Shown: positions 37,836 to 52,049, counted from the first letter of the stretch. The stretch: DNA of 64,000 bases from Octopus vulgaris (GCA_951406725.2 OX597820.1:116436001-116500000), one strand, 5' to 3'. The notes: generated from the sequence alone by a model not told the origin. A program made the numbers and translations.

Positions 37836-38231
37836 TCTTTATATATAAAAGAGAGGTTGTGTGCTGTCTGTTTCCTACGATTTAGATTCCTAACTACTCC
37901 CACATTTTGCGGTGCAGTTTAACCAAAACCGGATATCTTATAGTCGTGATTCATATCGAGCCCTTCTGGGTATTAGCGCGCGTCTACGATGAGTCTACGA
38001 TTAAAAAAAAAAATTACCATAAATTTTTCCCATTTTTAATGCATTTTTGGCATATATAAGGTAAGTAACTCTCTAAAAATGTATTATTAAATCTCAGAAC
38101 GTAAAAAGCTACAGTAACCCCCCCCCTTTGTGGTTAGCCATATTGAGATGGCTATTATACTTTACATCTCTAAAAATGCTTATATAGTTATTTCCCTTAC
38201 AAACCCGAGCAACGCCGGGCGATACTGCTAG
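37836..38231 (+). mobile_element. Non-autonomous Helitron, same family as 4799-5194
   Basis: Near-identical 5' ~190 bp and 3' end cccgagcaacgccgggcgatactgCTAG; A|T insertion. Confidence 0.85.
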
Positions 38232-38545
38232 TTTTAAATAAAAGAAAAAAACTATTAGTTTCTTGGTGACTAAGTAGTAAGACCCTATTTTGTAGATGAA
38301 ATGGTAAGGGCAAAGTTGTGACCGTCAAACCCTTTTCAATGATATTCGCTTCATAGAAAATATTTAGGGAGTCAGAAAAAATGCTTAGTGGTATTTCTTC
38401 CGGTTCTCAGCGCAAGTGTCACCGAGGTCAGCTTTGCCTTTCATCATTTCAGCGTTGATAAATAAATAGTAAAATACTGGGATGATAAAATCGACCAAGC
38501 ATTTCTCCCTAAAACTGTTGGCATTGCCCTAAAATAAGAAAGTGT

Positions 38546-38928
38546 GGAAGCACTCCGTCGGTTACGACGATGAGGGTTCCGGTTGATCCGAATCAACGGA
38601 ACAGCCTGCTCGTGAAATTAACGTGTAAGTGGCTGAGCACTCCACAGACACATGTACCCTTAACGTAGTTCTCAGGGATATTCAGCGTGACACAGAGAGT
38701 GACAAGGCCGGCCCTTTGAAATACAGGTACAACAGAAACAGGAAGTAAGAGTGAGAGAAAGTTGTAGCGAAAGAGTACAGCAGGGATCACCACCATCCCT
38801 GCCGGAGCCTCGTGGAGCTTTTAGGTGTTTTCGCTCAATAAACACTCACAACACCCGGTCTGGGAATCGAAACCGCGATCCTATGACCGCGAGTCCGCTG
38901 CCCTAACCACTGGGCCATTGCGCCTCCA
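38546..38928 (-). mobile_element. Family-C SINE
   Basis: Full-length; TSD aaataagaaag. Confidence 0.9.
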
Positions 38929-39027
38929 CAAAATAAGAAAGAACTACATAGAGAAAAACAAATCCAAATGATGGCTAAAATCACGAAAGATATTTTTGAT
39001 ATTACCTGGACGGTGCCAGAGACTTAC

Positions 39028-39078
39028 CTGCACAGTCGTAAGTGAGGCAGTTCAGGTTCTCGGTTGTGGAATAGCTCT
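39028..39078 (-). CDS. Exon B (51 bp): ESYSTTENLNCLTYDCA
   Basis: Acceptor ctttctcttttcAG, donor CAG|GTAAGT, phase 1-1; DCA joins GTCNG of the next exon to complete a Cys repeat. Confidence 0.85.
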
Positions 39079-39184
39079 CTGAAAAGAGAAAGTTAATTAA
39101 AAAAATTAATAGCATATCCAATAATTAGAAGCTCTTACTGCTAAAAGTTCCACTAAATTTCATGAAAATTGAGGCAAAAATATA

Positions 39185-40375
39185 CAGGAGTGGCTGCGTG
39201 GTAAGTAGCTGGGCGGCACCTTGGGCAAGTGTCTTCTACTTTAGTCTCGTGAGTGGATTTGGTAGACGGAAACTGAAAGAAGCTCATCGTATATATATAT
39301 ATATATATTGCATGACAACCAATGTTGGTGTGTTTACGTCCCTGTAACTTAGCGGTTCGGCAAAAGTGACCGACAGAATAAAGTACTAGGCTTACAAAGA
39401 ATAAGTCCTGGGGTCGATTTGTTCGTCTAAAAGGCGGTGCTCCAGTATGGCCGCAGTCAAATGACTGAAACCAGAAACTGAATAACAGTCCACTCGTGCG
39501 AGTCCATTTACAAGATAAAGGTGCATTCCAGAAGTTTTGAGACTGATTCATGAAAAGACATTTAATAATTTCAAAGAAGTGTAAAACTCTAATCTCTTTC
39601 AAAATAGAATCTTCTGAGTGTAATTCAGTTGTTGTAGCGCTCCAGACTCTTCGTGATAGCCCTTCGTCACTGAAGGGGACAGTTTTGATGCTCACCACTG
39701 TCAATTTATTGGTTACCAGGATGGAAGTGTGGACCTGTACATTGTCTTGGTGCAGACGTTCTGGCCCTTTGCAACGAAGTCTCTTTCCGAACTCCCTCAA
39801 AACCTCTACAAACTACACTTTGCTGACCGTCTGACCAGAAGGAACGCAGCGGAAGTAGATGCCCTTGCTGTGGAAAAATGGGACCCTCATGAGCTCTCTC
39901 GGTGGACTTGCTTTGCCTGGCCTCTTGCGCCAATGGAAAACAAATGTTCGGCTTATACAAGTTAATCGAAAAGCAATCTGGAGAATTCCATCAGTTCCTG
40001 TCGTATTTTGGCTCAATTTAACGCAAAACTTAATGGTATGCTCTTTTACGCTTTTACTTTTTTCAGTCGAAGAAATCGATCCCAGGACTTTGTAAGCCTA
40101 GTACTTCTATCGGTCTTTTGCCGAACCGCTAAGTAATGGGGACGTAAACACCAACATCGGTTGTCAAGCGATGGTGGTGGGGACAAACATAAATGCACAC
40201 ACACTCATATATATATATATATATGACGGGCTTCTTTTAGTTTCCGTCTACCAAATCCACTCACATGGCTTTGGTTGGCCCGAGGCTATAGTAGAAAACA
40301 CTTGCCCAAGGTACCACGCAGTGGGACTGAACCCGGAACCATGTGGCTGGGAAGCAAGTTTCTTACCATACTCCT
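39185..40375. mobile_element. Two family-B SINEs (39185-39475 +, internally deleted; 40045-40375 -) flanking a mariner remnant
   Basis: Sequence match to other family-B copies. Confidence 0.75.
39518..40030 (-). mobile_element. Mariner-like remnant (related decayed piece near 55630-55970)
   Basis: PFFHSKGI...VPSGQTVSK..FVEVLREF...LHQDNVQVHTS. Confidence 0.7.
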
Positions 40376-40929
40376 GTATGCCAAGCTTCCAGTTTGTCTT
40401 CACGCCTCAACTGCATTCTGCAAACTAGTCAGCTGTGACAAGTAGTGTTTTGTAGCAAGTGTTCTAAGTGCCGTTCCTGCCGTGTCCTTCAATGAGGAAT
40501 CAAAAAGTTGGCAGGTCAGCTTATTAGATGTTTAGTGATACTATAATAAAACTGCAATGATCTAGGAGAGCTATAACTATCTCTCCAAAAATAAAATAAA
40601 GTCCGAAGACTTGTGGAATGTCCCTTGTTTTATCAATAAGAAATGCTTCTGGGTCAAATAATTTAAGTTTGGCTGTTCAATAACTGCAGAATCTTGATGC
40701 AATAAAAGTAAATTATATCTATGTGCGTGCCTTTGTGGTTGTTTCCTACTACGGCTTGACAGCCGGTGTTGCTTTGTTTGCGTTCATGTAGCCGGTAAAA
40801 GAGACAGAATAAGTGCCAGATTAAAAAAAAAAACAAACGAAGTACTGCGCTTGATTTGTTCGACTAAATCCCTATCAAATCGTTACCTCAAGCCATAGTC
40901 CATTCACGGGAACGAGTAAAAGATATGTA

Positions 40930-40989
<60 letters not shown>

Positions 40990-41000
40990 CATACACTGGA

Positions 41001-41163
41001 GGCGCAGAAGTGGCTGTGTAGTAAGTAGCTTGCTTACTAACCACATGGTTCTGGGTTCAGTCCTACTGTGTGGCACCTTGGAGAAGTGTCTTCTACTATA
41101 GCCTCGGGCCGACCAAAGCCTTGTGAGTGAATTTAGTAGATGGAAAATGAAAGAAGCCCGTTG

Positions 41164-41238
<75 letters not shown>

Positions 41239-41430
41239 GTGTGTATTATGTGAGTGCGTCTGTCCCTCATCGCTTGACAACCGATGGTGGTGTCTACGTC
41301 CTCATAACTAAGCGGTTCAGCAAAAGAGACCGATAGAATAAGTACTAGGCTTACGAGGAATAAGTCCTGGGATCGATTTGTCCGACAAAAGGCGGTGCTC
41401 CAGCATGGCCGCAGTCAAATGACTGAAACA
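41001..41430 (+). mobile_element. Family-B SINE
   Basis: Full-length match. Confidence 0.9.
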
Positions 41431-41454
41431 AAAGAAAACATACATACATACTAA

Positions 41455-42400
41455 CAAGCATACATAATTTTCACATCAACAGTGATGTAGACCGAGTCTA
41501 CCTAAAACGAAAACAAGGCGGCAGAGGCTTAACACCCATCCCAAATGCCTTTGAATGTCGTATCTTATCCCTTCGGCAACATCTTTTAACCACCAATTGT
41601 CGAAGTGCATTCCCTGGCCAAGTTTGCATACATGAGTCTAATAGCATCATAAGACTTGGAAGGCAGTTTCTTGGGCAGCATTTCTTGTCTGATAAGCTTA
41701 AATATTTGGCCAAAGAAGTCGCACGACTCTACCGCAACATATCAGATGAAAGAATGAGCGTATATGAGCAGGAAACGATGCATGGATATGTTCGTAGAAA
41801 GCTCAGAGATGATCATCAGAACAGTTTATCACGGACCAACAACCGGATTACTACCTCCCACTTTGAAAGGTATACGTTTGCAATCCAGGAACAGGAAATA
41901 TCAACCAAACACCTGATGCACAAAAGGGACAGAAATGCAGGGAAAGCAGTAAAATGTAACAACCGAAGCAGATTTTGTAGGGTTAACACCGCAGATATCA
42001 TCCACACCATAAGCAGTTGTCCAAAAATGTATTATCTACCGATAAGACATGATGCTATAACTAGGACACTCGAAAGGATAACCCCGAGGACAAAGAAATA
42101 AGAGCCCACAGTATTGTAAAAACCATAGCCACTCATAAAAGGAATACTGGTGGACTGTACCAGTGAAGACCTCAATAAAATGTAAGCACAACAGACCTGA
42201 TATAATGATTAGGGATAGAGAAGAGAAACTGTACAGTTGTGGAAATCAGCTGCCCAGAGGATGTTAACATAAAGCTGAAGATCAGTGAAAAAGAGAATAC
42301 CTACGCTGAACTATTGAGAAATCTGCAGTTACTCTATCCAGATTACATGTTCAGGTTTGTACTTGTTATTGGGGCGCTGGGATATGTAACACTGCCTAAA
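41455..42400 (+). mobile_element. RLE-type non-LTR retrotransposon (R4/Dong-like) 3' fragment
   Basis: YLKRKQGGRGL, RFC...IIHTISSCP...YLPIRHD (CCHC-derived), HNRPDI...VEISCP, VIGALG restriction-like endonuclease motifs; frameshifted. Confidence 0.8.
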
Positions 42401-42954
42401 TACGATGGCTTAAGCGGCCAAAACTTTGGAGTCACTGTCAATATTATTCATGTTTAAGAATAATACACACACGCACGTACGCACACATATATGATAGTGT
42501 ACATAAAATAGTAGAACATGATCCTATGTAATAACTAGAAATGCCATCAGCAGTTACTGTACATCTATAAACTGTTTTCCTGAGGCATTGTCCTTTAATA
42601 CACGCACGCAGTTAGCTGTCACTCGAAAACGAGTCTGGCCAAGTAACTTGTACCGTGCTTTCACTATTTCTTTTAAGTGCCTATGCCGTTGCGAGCAGAC
42701 ATAGGCACACGGATCTCCTACCCTGGAACCGGCAAAATATCGTGGATGTTGACTGCTGGAGAGAGAAAGAGAGCTGCCCTAGCACTAAGTTGGTACTCAG
42801 TTACACACTAGACTGGAGTAACGTAAAGATATGTATACGCGCGCGTGTGTGTGTGTGCTTACGTACACACATACATGCACACATGGTGGTTGTCTACTCT
42901 TTATGCAGAGTCTGACCACTTCTTGTACCCACATCTTAGATCCATCATGGCGTC

Positions 42955-43610
42955 TGATGTGGCTTTTTAAAAGGTCACAGATTCACCCTCTTGATCGCAA
43001 CATTCTTCTTTAAATCTGGCTCCAGTCTTGCATGTGTTATCCTGGCCTCCTCAGACGCTTTCACTCCACTCCACACTTTAGTTCGCCATCCAGCTCGATC
43101 CGAAGTAAGGGTTTCTACGGACTTTGGATCCATTCAAAGTGACTCTGTGGTAGTCCTTATGCCGTCCTTAAACCTCTATTTAGGTTTGCACCGATTGCGT
43201 TTCCGTTCTGCAAGCTCGCCACAAAACAGCTGTTTGGGTGTGTGTTCATCCGCCATTCGAACAATATGGCCAGACGATCTCATTTGATTTTTCAGAATCA
43301 TGCCTGCAGACGCAAAGACATCTGTGTCTGGAATAAAAAAGCCCCATTTAATGTTTAATATGCGGCGAAGATATTTTTGGTGGAATCGTTCTAACAATTT
43401 GAAATGTCTTTCATAACACGTCCATGCAACAGGAGTGGTAAGACAAACGATTTGTAAAGAACCAATTTGGGGTTGTTATTTATATGTCGTTGGCGCCAAA
43501 CGCGTGACCCCAAATCACCAAATGCTTGTGCTGCCCTTTGAATACGCAGATGTATTTCTGTGTCCAGATTTCCATCATTTTGTATAGAGCTTCCAAGATA
43601 AATGAGTCGT
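42955..43610 (-). mobile_element. RTE (BovB-like) LINE 3' fragment
   Basis: LERFHQKYLRRILNIKW...GHIVRMADEHTPKQLFCGEL...R...PK. Confidence 0.85.
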
Positions 43611-44683
43611 TACCCTTAATGAATACATACACACATGATTGAATACATACATATCACTGTGATCACCGTGACCGACCAGGCTATCAGATGTTGTTACATA
43701 TCGCTGGTCACAATGCGCTTCACATTGTTTTAGCCCTCAAATGACGCCACCCTGCTGGCTAAGCGAGCAGGCCAACAGAAGTAAGAGTGAGAGAAAGTTG
43801 TGGCGAAAGAGTACAGCAGGGATCGCCACCACCTCCTGCCGGAGCCCCGTGGAGCTTTGGGTGTTTTCGCTCAATAAACACACACAATCGAAACTGCGAT
43901 CCTACGACCGCGAGTCCGCTGCCCTAACCACTGGGCCATTGCGCCTCCACATACATATACATACGCAGATGTATATACGTGTATGTGACTGTCTGTCTGT
44001 CTGTCTGTCTGTCTGTACACACTTATGCATTAAGTTCTGTCACGCCAATAATTTGTTCTTACAACATACACAACACACTCAATCACTGCCCCCTTTTTTT
44101 TTTTTTTTTTCATTTTCTTTTGTTTTTATGAGTATGTCTGAGCGGAAATAAATTACTTGGGCAGGTGACTAGAAAGTTCAACTCTAATCCGATAGGCAAA
44201 CAAACATGACGATGAACACCACGAAGACAATTAATCCTCTTTAAATGTTTATTAGGCTTGTCTTTTGTAATGGAATTAGTTCGAGAACAATGGCAAATAC
44301 TGTCTCTTAATTATCTTTGCATATTGTAATATGGAACACAGGGATTAGATTGTGATGTTTCCGTTAAATGTTTTTATCGCCGAGATTTTCCTCAGACCGC
44401 CCATATTAGTGTTTGATTCGCTTAAACTGTCTGTGCAAGTAACGACATCAATGACTCGTGACTTATATCTCCCTGGCTATGACTGTCACTGCTGCCACCA
44501 CTTCTGTTGTGGTTCATCAACCTTTATTCAATAAACTTCTGATCTGCGCTGGATTAACCATTGAAATAAACACGTCCTTAGAGCATCAAGAGAAGCAGGA
44601 CGCCACAAAGTTGGTAAATGTTTTACTGTACAAAAGAAATCATTTAAAACTTTGCTAAAATTATATTCAAAGTGGTTTATATA

Positions 44684-45100
44684 GGCGCAGGAGTGGCTGT
44701 GTGGTAAGTAGCTTGTTTACCAACCACATGGTTCCGGGTTCAGTCCCACTGCGTGGCACCTCGGGCAAGTGTCTTCTACTATAGCCTCGGGCCGACCAAT
44801 GCCTTGTGAGTGGATTTGGTAGGCGGAAACTGAAAGAAGCCGGTCGTATATATGTATATATATATATATATAAGTGTGTGTGTGTATGTTTGTGTGTCTG
44901 TGTTTGTCCCCCTAGCATTGCTTGACAACCGATGCTGGCGTGTTTGCGTCCCCGTCACATAGCGGTTCGGCAAAAGTAGACCGATAGAATAAGTACTGGG
45001 CTTCCAAAGAAGAAGTCCCGGGGTCGAGTTGCTCGATTAAAGGCGGTGCTCCAGCATGGCCGCAATCAAATGACTGAAACAAGTAAAAGAGTAAAAGAGT
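44684..45100 (+). mobile_element. Family-B SINE
   Basis: Full-length match. Confidence 0.9.
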
Positions 45101-45283
45101 ATATGATTGGAAATATAATTTTGAAGGGTCCATGGTGTCAAAGTGAGGATCGGATCAAAAGCTTTGGAATTTTTTCTTTTTAAGTAGAAAACTTCCCAAA
45201 TATAATGTGGATGAATACAAAAATGAATATTATTTTCCATCTTTTTGTTAGTTTTGCTTAGTTTATTTAGATACTTTTTTTTT

Positions 45284-45456
45284 TATCCTTTTACTTGTTT
45301 CAGTCATTTGACTGCGATCATGCTGGAGCACCGCATTTTAGTCGAAGAAATCGACTCTGGACTTTGTAAGCCTAGTACTTATTCTATTGGTCTCTTTTGC
45401 CGAGCCGCTAAGTTACGGGGACGTAAGCACACCAACATCGGTTGTCAGGCGATGGC

Positions 45457-45500
<44 letters not shown>

Positions 45501-45682
45501 ATATATATATGTATATATATGACGGGCTTCTTTTCAGTTTCCGTCTACCAAATCCACTGACAAGGCTTTGGTCGGCCCGGGGCTATAATAGGGTCACTTT
45601 CCCAAGGTGTCACATAGTGGGATTGAACCTGGAACCATGTGGTTGGTAAGCAAGCTACTTACCACACAGCCACGCCTGCGCC
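45284..45682 (-). mobile_element. Family-B SINE, inverted relative to 44684
   Basis: Full-length match on the reverse strand. Confidence 0.9.
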
Positions 45683-46077
45683 TTATGATTTACTACCGTT
45701 TACATTTCGAATTATATAATAATAATATTAGGGAGTAAATTCCACCAGGATCACCCATATCCTTCATTCTTTCGAGATCGATAAAATGAAAAACCAGTGA
45801 AGCACTGGGGTCAGTGTTCTCTCAAAATTGTTTGCATCGAATCCTGAACGGGATCGGCGTCCCGTTTTGAGAAATGTTCTGATCTCGGACACTTATACGC
45901 CATTGAAACTGAGTAACCGTTCTTATGAGTCACAGGGCTCAATATAAAAAAAAACTTGTATATCAAAACCGCTTTGTCCGATGTTTACCTGAGATAGTGA
46001 ATGTGATTTGAGGGTGATTTGGTTGCTATTTTAGATCTAGCAAATCCTAGGTGGTTTCATTATACTAATGCAAATAA

Positions 46078-46982
46078 GGCGGCGAGCAGGCAGAAACGTT
46101 AGCACGCCGGGCGAAATGCTCAGCAGTATTTCGTCTGTCGCTACGTTCTGAGTTCAAATTCCGCCGAGGTCGACTTTGCCTTTCATCCTTTCGGGGTCAA
46201 TTAAATAAGTACCAGTTACGCACTGGGGTCGATATAATCGACTTAATCCGTTTGTCTGTCCTTGTTTGTCTTCTCTGTGTTTAGCCCATTGTGGGTAGTA
46301 AAGAAATAGGTATTTCGTCTGTCTTTACTGAGTTCAAATTCTGTCGAGGTCGACTTTGCTTTCATCCTTTCGAGGTCAATAAATTAAGGACCGGTTGCAT
46401 ACTAGTGTTGATCTAATTGACTGGCCTTCTCCCCCCAAATTTCGGGCCTTGTGCCTAGATTAGAAAAAACGTTAGCACGCCGGGAAAAATGCTTAATAAA
46501 TAAATAAAAAAATTCCGCCGAGGTCGACTTTGCCTTTCATCCTTTCGGGGTCGATAAATTAAGTACCAATTACGCACTGGGGTCGATATAATCGACTTAA
46601 TCCGTTTGTCTGTCCTTGTTTGTCTTCTCTGTGTTTAGCCCATTGTGGGTAGTAAAGAAATAGGTATTTCGTCTGTCTTTACTGAGTTCAAATTCTGTCG
46701 AGGTCGACTTTGCTTTCATCCTTTCGAGGTCAATAAATTAAGTACCGGTTGCATACTAGTGTTGATCTAATTGACTGGCCTTCTCCCCCCAAATTTCGGG
46801 CCTTGTGCCTAGATTAGAAAAAAACGTTAGCACGCCGGGAAAAATGCTTAATAAATAAATAAAAAAATTCCGCCGAGGTCGACTTTGCCTTTCATCCTTT
46901 CGGGGTCGATAAATTAAGTACCAGTTACGCACTGGGGTCGATATAATCCACTTAATCCGATTGTCTGTCCTTGTTTGTCCTC
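46078..46982 (+). mobile_element. Family-A SINE higher-order array (~355-bp period)
   Basis: Heterodimer block repeated; ttccgccgaggtcgac at 46159, 46513 and 46868. Confidence 0.85.
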
Positions 46983-47399
46983 AAGTATGGCTACACATTA
47001 CTCAAATGGTATTTATTAATTTATTTCATCAATCACTTAAGGGTGGAAGACAAAAAGGACCACTGAACTTAAATGCAGTCCTTCTCAACTCTAAAAATCC
47101 ATTGCCCTTCTTATAATCCTATTATAATGAAGCTTATGTAAATATATGCATATAAGTCACCGAAACACTGCTATCTCTTCTCACCATCTATCGTATCCTC
47201 CTTGAGTAATTAAAACATCGACACATCGACACTCAGATCGTTCGTGTCTTTGAAGTAATGGAACAGAAGTAACTCGTACCCCTTATCTAGGTTGACTGTA
47301 CAGATTACAAATTTGTGATCTGCATAGCCAACTACGTTGATTCGTCAGCAACCTATGTTACCTTTATTTACTGGCCTACTGACTGATCCGATGTGGTTT

Positions 47400-47720
47400 G
47401 TCCATGGCCACACTGGCACATTGAGGAAATCTTGTCGCTACTTGTCGATCAGTTGAAACGATTGAGTAGGTTTGGAGGCCTTTACACCCCCTCTCTTATC
47501 GGCTAATCCAACACACTCCAGATAGCATTCCAGTCGCCCACTAGGACTTATATACCTGAGGAAATCTGGCTTTCCCATTCCAGCCGGGGCACACACAACG
47601 ACTGGTTTAAAGGTACTAGTGTCCAGGATACCCAGTTTACCGTCCAGGAAGATCGACCTTACCTCGAGGTCCAGGCCTTTCCGAAACAGCACTGCTATTC
47701 CTCTCCCATTTCGGGTTCAG
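47400..47720 (-). mobile_element. Probable APE-endonuclease fragment of a Tx1/L1-like LINE
   Basis: GRGIAVLFRKGLDLEVRSIFLDGKLGILD...VVVCAP resembles LINE EN motifs (GVAIL, VYAP). Confidence 0.55.
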
Positions 47721-48376
47721 TAATGCTTCTGTCAGTCGCCCCAGAACAAATGATAATGCTGAAAAGAACTTCTCTCGCTGGTACAAGGCCATACATATAA
47801 ATGATAAAACAGATTTACTAATACAATGGCGAAAATGTGAAAAAATCTGTCTAGAATGTTCTCAAAATAGAAACTGTTGATTTTAATGAACCTTGGTTAC
47901 AGCGAGAAGTACGTGAAGCATATTTTTACGGAAATCATTTAAAAAATAATGAGATTGAAACCTTTCCAGAGAACATTTAAAGCGCGAAGCAGTGGGGTAA
48001 AATAAATATTTAATAAATGAACGAAGTTTTCTCAGTGAAATCTTAACAGTTAAGAGAACAAGTTAGCTGTAGCATAAAAAGAGAAGTACGTAGGAAATAA
48101 TATAAAATTAATGGTTGATGTCCTTAGCAACCAATTGGTGTGATCTAGAGCTTGTCAAACAAGTAAACAAAGCCATAATATTTTTTAACCTCCTGTTTAG
48201 TTACTTTTAGTGTTTTATTGTTATCAAAGCCATCTGCTCAGCCCCGAAATAACAGCGAAATAAGTGATAAATATAATCATTTATTGCTTTCAAGAGGAAG
48301 AGGTTTGCTCAAACTCTGAAGATACTCCTAAAATAGGATTATCGTATATAAAATGAGGCTGATACAATTTATATAA

Positions 48377-48747
48377 ATTCTTTTCTACTCCAGGCACAAT
48401 GCCCGAAATTTTGGGATTAGATCGACCCCAGTACGCAACTGGTACTTAGTTTATCGACCCCCGAAATGCAAAATCGACCTCGACAGAATTTGAACTCAGA
48501 GCATAAAGCCAGATGAAATACCTATTTCTTTACTACCCACAAGGGGCTAAACACAGAGGAGACAAACAAGGACAGACAAACGGATTAAGTCGATTACATC
48601 GACCCCAGTGCGTAACTGGTATTTCGACCCTGAAAGGGTGAAAGGCAAAGTCGACCTCGGCGAAATTTGAACTCAGAACGTAACGGCAGACGAAATACGG
48701 CTACGCATTTCGCCCGGCGTGCTAACGTTTCTGCCAGCTCGCCGCCT
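48377..48747 (-). mobile_element. Family-A SINE heterodimer
   Basis: Junction gaaatacc|tatttc at ~48522; head at 48747. Confidence 0.85.
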
Positions 48748-49187
48748 TACGATTAATATAAATGAATATTGATACAGTAAATATTAGTTAATATTAAAGC
48801 GGTAAGCTGGTAGCACGCCGGACAGAATACTTAGCGGCATTTCGTTCGTCTTTACCGCTACATTCTGGGTTCAAATTCCGCTGGCGTCGACTTTATCATC
48901 ATTTCGAGGTTGATAAAATAAATCCTTATAGGACACTGGAGTCGATGTAATCAACTTAACCCCTACCCAGAAGTTGCTGGCCTTGTACAAGACTTTTTTT
49001 CAATTAATATTAAGGCGGCGAACTGGTGTAATCGTAAGCTGGACAAAATGCTTGGCGGTATTCCATCAGTCTTCATGTTCTGAGTCCAAATTCGTTTGCC
49101 TACAATTAGTCTCCTTACTCCTCTCCTTAGTACCATTAATCACTTCTTTCTGCACAGTATTATTTGACGATATCTATTTGCGTTACA

Positions 49188-49566
49188 TGGCGGCACAATG
49201 GCCCAGTGGTTAGGGCAGCGGACTCGCTGTTGTGGGATTACGGTTTCGATTCCCAGGCCGGGCGTTGTGAGTGTTTATTGAGTGAAAACACCTTAAAGCT
49301 CCACGATGCTCCGGCAGGGGGTGGTGGCGAACCCTGCTGTACTTTTTCACCACAACTTTCTCACTCTTTCTTCCTGTTTCTGTTGTACCTGTATTTCAAA
49401 AGGCCAGCCTTGTCACACACTATGTCACACTGAATCTTCCCAAGAACTACGTTAAGAGGTAGACGTGTCTGTGGAGTGCTCAACCACTTGCACGCTAATT
49501 TCACGAGCAGGCTGTTCCGTTGATCGGATCAACTGGAACACTCATCGTCATCACCGACGGAGTGCC
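49188..49566 (+). mobile_element. Family-C SINE (partial or variant copies at 27422-27720 -, 43660-43950 -, 55376-55542 +, 25750-26050 +, 35621-35925 +)
   Basis: Match to 7950-8327. Confidence 0.85.
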
Positions 49567-50078
49567 TCGACAACGATTTGCCTTACATGTTCCTCACAGT
49601 ATAATACATCCAATGTCTTAGACACTTAATCAGTTTCCTCTCATTTAGTGCGCCAATCTTTCAAGTTTCTTACATATCCAATGCATCAGCCTCAGAGAAT
49701 TCGCTTTTGATCAGTCTATGTCCTTTTTCATTCATCGTCAATTTATTGCTATTTACTATGTGCGTCCTGGCCTTAGAATACGTACACCATGTTATGTGTG
49801 ATGTAGCTGCCAGCTAAAATGGTTAACGACAGAATGGGCGTTTTTGGTAGGTAAAACACCACCCGAAGAAAAATATTCATCGAACCCATACCAGAGACGA
49901 AAAAGCAGACACATGACGACGATGACAGCGGCGGCGGCGGCGGCGGAGTCGATAAACTAAGTACCAGGTGAGCACAGAGGTTGATGTAATCGACTTACTC
50001 CGCTCCTCCAGAACTGCTGGCCTTGTGCTGAAAATTTAAAACCAGAATGTGTTGATATTTATGAAGTGAAGTTAGAAA

Positions 50079-50291
50079 GGCGGCGAGCTGGCAAAAACGT
50101 TAGCATGCCGGGTGAAATGCTTAGCGGCATTTCGTCTGTCTTTACGTTCTGAGTCCAATTTCTGCCGAGGTCAACTTTGCCTGTCATCCTTTCGGGGTCG
50201 ATAAATTAAGTACTAGTTACGTACTAGTATCGATCTAATCGACTGGCCCCCTCCCCCAAAATATCGGGCCTTGTGCCTAGAGTAGAAAAGA
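50079..50291 (+). mobile_element. Family-A SINE monomer, alternative tail (further copies near 60835-61067 -, 61088-61270 +, 63680-63822 -; decayed ones near 8480, 8830, 38380, 48797, 56382)
   Basis: Same head and core; tail ...cgggccttgtgcctagagtagaaaag; flanking repeat atatttatgaagt. Confidence 0.8.
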
Positions 50292-52049
50292 ATATTTATG
50301 AAGTTAATGTCATCTAATATTTATGCACTAGGGAAAGGCGGTGGAAGCAGTCTAATTACGTTGAAGTAATTATTTATAGCGGTTTGCATTTTAAGTTCAA
50401 ACCCCACTGACATTATCTTAATTTTCATCCTTCCTGGGATAGATGGAAATATGTATGTGAAACAGAGAAAACGGGATATAATCGGAACGATTCAAAAATG
50501 AAAAATACTTTGTATTTATGCCGCCTTGACATGGTGGCTGGAATGGTAAATCATCTTAATTTATTTCCTTATAGAATTTAATTTCAGTTTAAATTACATA
50601 GAGCTTCCATCCGTTCGGTATTGGTACACCCAGATAGAGTATGTATGTCTTTTATATTTTACTTGCTTCAGTCATTGGGAAGCGGTCATACCGAGGCGCC
50701 GCTTTGAAAAGTTTCAATCTAGCAGATTACCCCCAACAGACCTATCTTTAAACCTGGAATTTTACTTTATCGGTTTCTTTTACCGAACCGCTAGGTTATG
50801 GGGACGTACACAAGCAGTGGCAACAAACATAAACATGCATACATTTATTTATATACATAGATAAATATTAGTTGAAATTTATAGAAAGATAAAAGACGAA
50901 GACCGGTGTATGAACGACAAACAGGTGTATTAGTTTGACACTCGGGAAAATGAAATGGTCTTTTATGTTTCGAGCCTACGCTCTTCAACAGAAAGGAATA
51001 AGAGAAAATAAATAGGGGAATGGTGGGGAGGAAGCAACAAATACTTAATTTACTTAATTATATTACATGAAAGTCTACGTGGCTATAACTACATCAAAAT
51101 TTACTGAGACATTTCTTAGATAATAGCACCCCTGGAATAATATATCCGTACGATGACTTAAGACCTGATATTTTGGGGCGAGGGTTCTTCTTCGTAAAAT
51201 TACAAGTAGGTTGGATGTCAGTGATTCATTGTTCCAACCTATTTCACATGTAGTCTACGAAGAACCTTATCTGAAAACTTACAATTCCCAACTCTTCGCG
51301 TTCTTGAACCTTACTTTATATTTTACGAATTATATTTTGAAAATATTTTCCCTTTCCCGAAGCAAGTCATCTTTAGTTTTTACGGATATTTTCCTATTCC
51401 GTATATTTTGGTAAAGACACCGTATGGTCTTTCTGGTAGCTATAACCACTTATTCATTAGGGAAGAAACCCGTAAAGGGGAGAGAACAGAATTGCCCACC
51501 GTTTCCGCCAACCGGCGTCAACATGGCGCCTGACCGATCCTTAGGAATCGAAATGAAAACGTGTTCGGACGAGCGCGTGAATTCATACCTTTTATTGATG
51601 GTCACACTCCGATGATTGGGAACAGTAAAAGAACAACCCAGTACACGCGCACGCACGCACACCTGCACACACACCTACACACACACATATATACATGGTT
51701 GTGTGTGGAGGTGTAAACGATACGTGATTGTTAATACGAATTCATAACAAGAAAAACAACACGCTCCATCATGATAATCGAATCACTTAATTCCCCTCCA
51801 GTTTAGCGATCAAAACTTCTAACATTACAAGAAAGAGGTTGACTAGAGGGAGAAAAAAAGGAAAGACCTAATCTAGAATGAACAATCACTCCCTTCCGCC
51901 GCCTCTCTGCAATATGTTCTATAAATGGTTTGTCAGTTAAACAAGATATGTGACTTGATTTCCGTGAGAGTTTTAATTACGGCTCTAGAAACGATCATTA
52001 CAAACTTGTAGTACTGGCGTAGTATTTTCGGCGATTATCTACACTATGA

